A stretch of 64,000 nucleotides of DNA. It comes from an uncultured Lentimicrobiaceae bacterium (lineage in GTDB: Bacteria; Bacteroidota; Bacteroidia; Bacteroidales; UBA4417). Shown one piece after another: positions 59,315 through 64,000 of this stretch. A program made the translations under genes and the position numbers. Numbering within the stretch: position 1 is the stretch's first letter; each line of letters starts with the position of its first letter. The DNA lies in NCBI GenBank assembly GCA_964544545.1, contig CAZJCG010000002.1, positions 89,319-153,318 on the forward strand. Reading direction: 5' to 3'. Below the pieces are notes generated by a model. The model searched no databases. It saw only the letters and a list, made by a program, of their open reading frames with translations, and was not told the origin of the DNA.

Positions 59315-61093
59315 ATGGCAATGAACAATTTCTTTATAAGAATCCATTCGTGGCGACTGAAACATGTGTCGCCCCGGACATTCATACTCTTTGTCAGCCT
59401 TTTGGCCGGCACATTCGGGGGACTGGCCGCGGTAATACTGAAGAATTTTGTTTTTGTTCTGCATAATATCCTTATCAAGGGGATCGACAGGTCTGGTTTC
59501 AACCTGATCTACCTGGCTCTTCCATTTATCGGCATCCTGTTGACTTACCTTTTCGTAAAGTATGTTGTACGCGATAATATCAGTCATGGCATTAGCCAGG
59601 TGCTTTACTCGATTTCCCGCAATAACTCGATCATCAAGGCGCATAACACTTTCACTTCGATGATTGCCAGTGCGGTAACCGTCGGGTTTGGCGGAAGTGT
59701 CGGTTTGGAAGCGCCCATCGTGCTTACCGGTTCAGCTATTGGGTCCAATCTCTCAAGGTTTCTGAGGCTTGATTATCACACAACCACCCTGATGGTAGGT
59801 TGCGGAGCTGCGGGCGCCATTGCCGGGATATTCAAGGCTCCCATCGCAGGAGTAGTATTTGCCCTGGAGGTGATGATGCTTGACCTTACCATGTCGAGCC
59901 TCATACCACTGTTGATATCAGCGGCCTCCGGCACAACACTGGCCTATTTCTTCATGGGCAGTGGCGTGATCTTCCACTTTCCTGTGGCAGAACACCCCTT
60001 CCGTCTGGAGAACTTCCCTTTTTATGCTTTGCTGGGAATACTCTGCGGAATAGTATCGCTTTATTTCACCAGAGCTAACCTGTCGATTGAAAAACAGTTC
60101 CAGCGTATGCCGGCAGGAGTAATCAGGCTGTTGGCCGGAGGCGTGATCACCAGTCTGCTGGTGTTCATCTTTCCGCCTCTGTATGGGGAAGGGTATGAAA
60201 CGCTTTCGATGCTTCTGAATGGAAAAGGAGCCTCGTTGCTGGAAGGAAGCCTGTTTTTCCCACTGGGCAACAACTATTTACTGGTACTGATCTTCCTGAT
60301 GCTGCTCCTGATCTTCAAGGTTGTAGCCATGTCGGCAACAACAGGCGGTGGCGGTATCGGGGGGGTGTTCGCTCCGTCTCTCTTTATGGGCGGCGTTACC
60401 GGCTTTTTCATGAGCAGACTGATCAACTTTTTTGAAGCAGGCAGGCTGCCTGAGTCCAATTTTGCTTTAGCCGGGATGGCCGGGGTAATGGCTGCCGTTA
60501 TGCATGCGCCCCTCACGGCTATATTCCTCATTGCTGAGATCACAGGAGGATATGCATTCTTCGTTCCGCTGATGATCACAGCCATCATTGCCTACCTGAC
60601 AATCATGCCCTTTGAACCTCACTCAATATACACCAAAAGATTAGCTGCTTTAGGCGACCTTATTACACACGATAAGGATAAGGCCGTACTGAACCGGATG
60701 TCGATCGAAAAGCTGATCGAGACAAACTTCAGTCCTGTGAGCCCCAATGATACACTTGGGGATTTTGTCAAGGTGGTATCCAAATCGCAGCGGAATGTAT
60801 TTCCGGTAGTCGACGAAAACAATCTTTTCCTGGGCGTGGTATTCATCAATGATGTCAGGGAGATCCTCTTCAAGCCCGAACTCTACGATTCAACCTATGT
60901 GAGCAACCTGATGTTCATGCCGGACACGTACATCGACAAACAAGCAACAATGGAAGATGTAGCCAGGAAGTTCCATGAGACGGCTCATTACAACCTGCCG
61001 GTACTTGACCAGGGGAAATATATAGGATTTGTTTCCAGAGCCAATGTATTCTCGGCTTACAGGAGTATGGTCAAAGAATTTTCGAAAGACTAA
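59315..61093 (+). CDS. ClC-family chloride channel/antiporter with C-terminal CBS pair
   Basis: [11 protein letters not shown] and [15 protein letters not shown] selectivity motifs and two CBS domains. The start was taken as ATG 59315 (or 59321) because a perfect TATTTTTG box at 59300-59307 lies inside the longer ORF from 59285. Confidence 0.88.
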   Translation: MAMNNFFIRIHSWRLKHVSPRTFILFVSLLAGTFGGLAAVILKNFVFVLHNILIKGIDRSGFNLIYLALPFIGILLTYLFVKYVVRDNISHGISQVLYSISRNNSIIKAHNTFTSMIASAVTVGFGGSVGLEAPIVLTGSAIGSNLSRFLRLDYHTTTLMVGCGAAGAIAGIFKAPIAGVVFALEVMMLDLTMSSLIPLLISAASGTTLAYFFMGSGVIFHFPVAEHPFRLENFPFYALLGILCGIVSLYFTRANLSIEKQFQRMPAGVIRLLAGGVITSLLVFIFPPLYGEGYETLSMLLNGKGASLLEGSLFFPLGNNYLLVLIFLMLLLIFKVVAMSATTGGGGIGGVFAPSLFMGGVTGFFMSRLINFFEAGRLPESNFALAGMAGVMAAVMHAPLTAIFLIAEITGGYAFFVPLMITAIIAYLTIMPFEPHSIYTKRLAALGDLITHDKDKAVLNRMSIEKLIETNFSPVSPNDTLGDFVKVVSKSQRNVFPVVDENNLFLGVVFINDVREILFKPELYDSTYVSNLMFMPDTYIDKQATMEDVARKFHETAHYNLPVLDQGKYIGFVSRANVFSAYRSMVKEFSKD

Positions 61094-63138
61094 ACCGTTC
61101 CCTGTTCCATTTCGGTCATGCTGAATCCTATCTTCAGCAGCTCAATGGCCTTGTCGACTGAATCAACAGGTGCAAAGCAGGCATTTTCGTTGCAGATATG
61201 GACCAGGGTTCTGCCGGATGCATACCGGTTTTTAATATACGGAAGGTCACCGGGTGTTGTTGAACCAGCGATCAATGAGAAAGGCAGATAATATTTGCCC
61301 AGTTCCCTTATTTTCTCATGCGCATCGTCACCAACTACGGCAATGACATAATAAGGCAGGCTTTTTTCAAGGGCCAGGATAGCCCAGTTGGCATATGAAG
61401 TCGGATAGTTGAGGATCTTCTCTCTCATTCCGGCCAGCATCTGGTTGCTGAGTTCCAGATAGGCATTCTTCCCGGTAATAGTCCCAAGGGCATGCAGTAA
61501 CCGGGCAAATGCGGAATTGGAAGAAGGTATAACGCTGTCGTATATCTCGGTTTTACGGATGATACATTTGTGTTTTGCTTCGGAAAAGAAGAACAGACCT
61601 GATTCCGGATCCCCGAAATGCATTATGGCATATTTCACCAGACTTTCAGCCTCACCCAGCCAGGTATTGTCGAGGGTAATCCGGTATATGGATAAACAGG
61701 CATCTGCAAAGAACACATAATCATCCAGAAAGCCTGCTATACGGGCTTTCCCATTTTTCCATGTATGAAAGTAACCACCGGCAGGATTCTGCATGGCTGA
61801 GAGGATAAATCTTGCAGCATTCAGAGCGCTACCCAGATATTCTGCATTCCCGAATGCGGAGTAGGCATCTGCAAAAGCCTTTATCATCAATGCATTCCAC
61901 GAAAGCAGCACCTTGTCGTCCAGGCCCGGCCGTATCCGTTGATTCCTTTTTTCAAGCAGCAATGCACGACAATGTTTGACCAGCGAACGCATTTCTTCGG
62001 CTGAAAGGAAATGGGGCCTTGCAAAATTTTCCGGTTTTACCGGACGATAGAGTATGCATTCCTTTTGTGAGCCCGTTATCTCGGTTCCCATCCCAAAATA
62101 TTCCACCATGAGATCGGTGTATGAGCCCAATGTTTCCTCCATCTCTTCCCTGGTCCAGGTATAATACCGTCCCTCTTCACCCTGGCTATCGGCATCGAGT
62201 GATGAGTAGAACAATCCTTCGGGCGAAGTGAGTTCTCTTGTAACAAAGGTGAGCACATCTTCAACCACTTCCCTGTGTGATTCATCACCTGTTATCCTGT
62301 ATGCATCGCAGTAAAGGCTTACCAGCAATGCATTGTCGTAAAGCATTTTTTCAAAATGGGGTACTTTCCATTTATTGTCGACGGAATACCGGGCAAAGCC
62401 TCCACCCACCTGGTCGAAGATGCCGCCCATGGCCATGAAATCCAGGGTTCTGGTAACATGCTCCAGAAGAAAGTCCTTGTGGAAAGCATAATGACAGCGC
62501 AACAGAAGCTGCAATACAGTAGGCATAGGGAACTTAGGAGCGCCGTTCATCCCTCCGAAAGAGGTATCCAGGTGCTGGCGCAGCATATAGATGATCTCTT
62601 CGAAATAGTCCCTGTCGAGGTTGAGTTCTTCACCGTCGGAAGTGACCCGGTTATTCTGCATCAAACGCTCAGTGACTTCAGAAGCCTGTTCGGTAAAGTC
62701 CCCGGGTTGATTCCTGAAAATACCGGACACGTTTTTCAGGATATCCTTCCACTGGTCCGGTTTGAAGTATGTTCCGCCCCAGAAAGGCCTGCCGTCGGCC
62801 AGTGCAAAGCAGTTGAGCGGCCAGCCTCCATGACCGTATAACAGCTGGACGGCATCCATGTAAAAGTGATCAACATCCGGCCGCTCCTCCCTGTCGACTT
62901 TCACGCACACGAAATGCTCGTTCATGAGGGCTGCAATCGCTTCATTTTCGAACGACTCATGCTCCATCACATGGCACCAGTGACAGGATGAATATCCAAT
63001 ACTGAATAACATGGGCTTGTTCTCTGCCCTGGCTTTCTCAAATGCTTCTTCACCATAAGGATACCAATCCACCGGATTGTTGGCATGCTGCAACAGGTAG
63101 GGGCTGGTCTCATGTATGAGTCGGTTGGGCATAGGCAA
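61090..63138 (-). CDS. thioredoxin-domain (DUF255/YyaL-type) protein with six-hairpin glycosidase-like domain
   Basis: [19 protein letters not shown]-terminal thioredoxin-like motif; 682 aa. Confidence 0.85.
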   Translation of the reverse strand: MPMPNRLIHETSPYLLQHANNPVDWYPYGEEAFEKARAENKPMLFSIGYSSCHWCHVMEHESFENEAIAALMNEHFVCVKVDREERPDVDHFYMDAVQLLYGHGGWPLNCFALADGRPFWGGTYFKPDQWKDILKNVSGIFRNQPGDFTEQASEVTERLMQNNRVTSDGEELNLDRDYFEEIIYMLRQHLDTSFGGMNGAPKFPMPTVLQLLLRCHYAFHKDFLLEHVTRTLDFMAMGGIFDQVGGGFARYSVDNKWKVPHFEKMLYDNALLVSLYCDAYRITGDESHREVVEDVLTFVTRELTSPEGLFYSSLDADSQGEEGRYYTWTREEMEETLGSYTDLMVEYFGMGTEITGSQKECILYRPVKPENFARPHFLSAEEMRSLVKHCRALLLEKRNQRIRPGLDDKVLLSWNALMIKAFADAYSAFGNAEYLGSALNAARFILSAMQNPAGGYFHTWKNGKARIAGFLDDYVFFADACLSIYRITLDNTWLGEAESLVKYAIMHFGDPESGLFFFSEAKHKCIIRKTEIYDSVIPSSNSAFARLLHALGTITGKNAYLELSNQMLAGMREKILNYPTSYANWAILALEKSLPYYVIAVVGDDAHEKIRELGKYYLPFSLIAGSTTPGDLPYIKNRYASGRTLVHICNENACFAPVDSVDKAIELLKIGFSMTEMEQGTV

Positions 63139-63298
63139 GGATATCGGTCTGGATTACCGGAATGTAAATATACTCATTCTTCCAGAGGCTTTTTAGCCTC
63201 TTTAGCAGTCTGCGTCCAGAGTTATGAACAATATTGAAATCAGTGCAGGAAACCGGTCGGGACGCCTTAACGAGGGAACGAAGTGTCAAATTATCAGG

Positions 63299-63335
63299 CA
63301 AATACAATAAGCCATCCGGATATTTACCGGATGGC
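63299..63335 (-). terminator. terminator after the asparaginase-family gene
   Basis: A 9-bp stem GCCATCCGG/CCGGATGGC (63311-63335), followed on the minus strand by TTATTGTATTT. Confidence 0.55.
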
Positions 63336-63403
63336 CGTATTGCCATTTTTCAACATTTACCTACGATTTCGATGAGTGCTAATTGCAGATCTGGCGGCAA
63401 TTA

Positions 63404-64000
63404 TTACTTCCTGACTTTTCTGACGAATTCTTCTACTTCGGGAACGCCTCCCTGGTAAATAAGGTATCCGTTGTAAGGTTCGCGAGGAGTGATCTCGTCG
63501 TTGATAGGGGTGAGCATGATCCGTTTCACCTCTTCCAGGTCATTGGTTTGACCCAGAGCCCAGCCCAGTTTGATGTATGCCACTTCGGGGAGCATATTTT
63601 CTGCCGGAACGATTCCTTTGGCCATAAGGTCGCGGCCGGTATCGTAAACGAACATGTGTACATAGCCCCAGAGGGTCTGGACTGTCATATAGATGGCTAC
63701 GCCGGCTTTGGTGGCCCTTTCGATGGCGGGGTAGAGCGGTTTGTTGACGTGTCCCAGACCGGTGCCGGCGATTACGATGCCTTTGTATCCGTTTTGCACC
63801 AGCGAATCGATGATATCCGGCTGCATATTCGGGTAGTAGTACACGATGGCAACTTTCTCCTCGAAATAGGGCAGAATGGTGGCTTTACGGTCTTTCCGGC
63901 GGTGGTTATAAACTGATTTGATAGGCACGACGCCCTTGCGGGTAACCGTTGCAATCGGCGTATCTCCGATCGTCCGGAAGGTAGAGCGGTAGCTGGAATG
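63404..64000 (-). CDS. L-asparaginase-family protein, GatD-like; N-terminus outside the window
   Basis: The frame is open from the stop at 63404 to the window end. The M at 63928 in the track is an internal GTG. GYKGIVIAGTGLGHV ... VYDTGRDLMAKGIVPAENMLPEVAYIKLGWALGQTNDLEEVKRIM resembles my memory of archaeal GatD / type I asparaginase C-terminal domains. Confidence 0.65.
   Translation of the reverse strand, partial: HSSYRSTFRTIGDTPIATVTRKGVVPIKSVYNHRRKDRKATILPYFEEKVAIVYYYPNMQPDIIDSLVQNGYKGIVIAGTGLGHVNKPLYPAIERATKAGVAIYMTVQTLWGYVHMFVYDTGRDLMAKGIVPAENMLPEVAYIKLGWALGQTNDLEEVKRIMLTPINDEITPREPYNGYLIYQGGVPEVEEFVRKVRK

Overview
This window looks like an ordinary core-chromosome segment of a Bacteroidota genome. 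The phylum call rests on four observations: type A and type B T9SS C-terminal sorting domains, perfect TAnnTTTG -7 promoter boxes in front of many genes, no Shine-Dalgarno-type spacing, and hemD-DUF4271 and fur-purA neighbourhoods. I call about 52 protein genes, mostly housekeeping: radA, panDC, lepA, gap, relA/spoT, purA, rimP-nusA-infB, carAB, ackA, rnpA-yidD and hemD. There is one tRNA-Gln(UUG). I see no rRNA, CRISPR array, transposase, integrase, toxin-antitoxin pair or recognisable defence gene, and no multi-gene protein system of unknown function. The most unusual signal is non-coding. tRNA-Gln is followed on the minus strand by two phased 101-nt units. Each unit reuses the 3' terminal 16 nt of the tRNA in a long inverted-repeat hairpin and a hairpin-plus-U4 module. 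A strong terminator follows, and then rimP-nusA-infB, which has no promoter box of its own. This layout recalls the E. coli metY-terminator-rimP-nusA-infB leader. Secondary points are: a TonB-dependent receptor flanked by two HmuY-like paralogues and preceded by a small His-motif membrane ORF; a 370-nt structured spacer between carA and carB; an ECF sigma/anti-sigma pair next to a GIN-domain/beta-barrel fusion; a GatD-like asparaginase at the window edge; and several -7 boxes so close to the ATG that the mRNAs may be leaderless. All functional calls come from reading the supplied translations and from memory of protein families. No searches were run.
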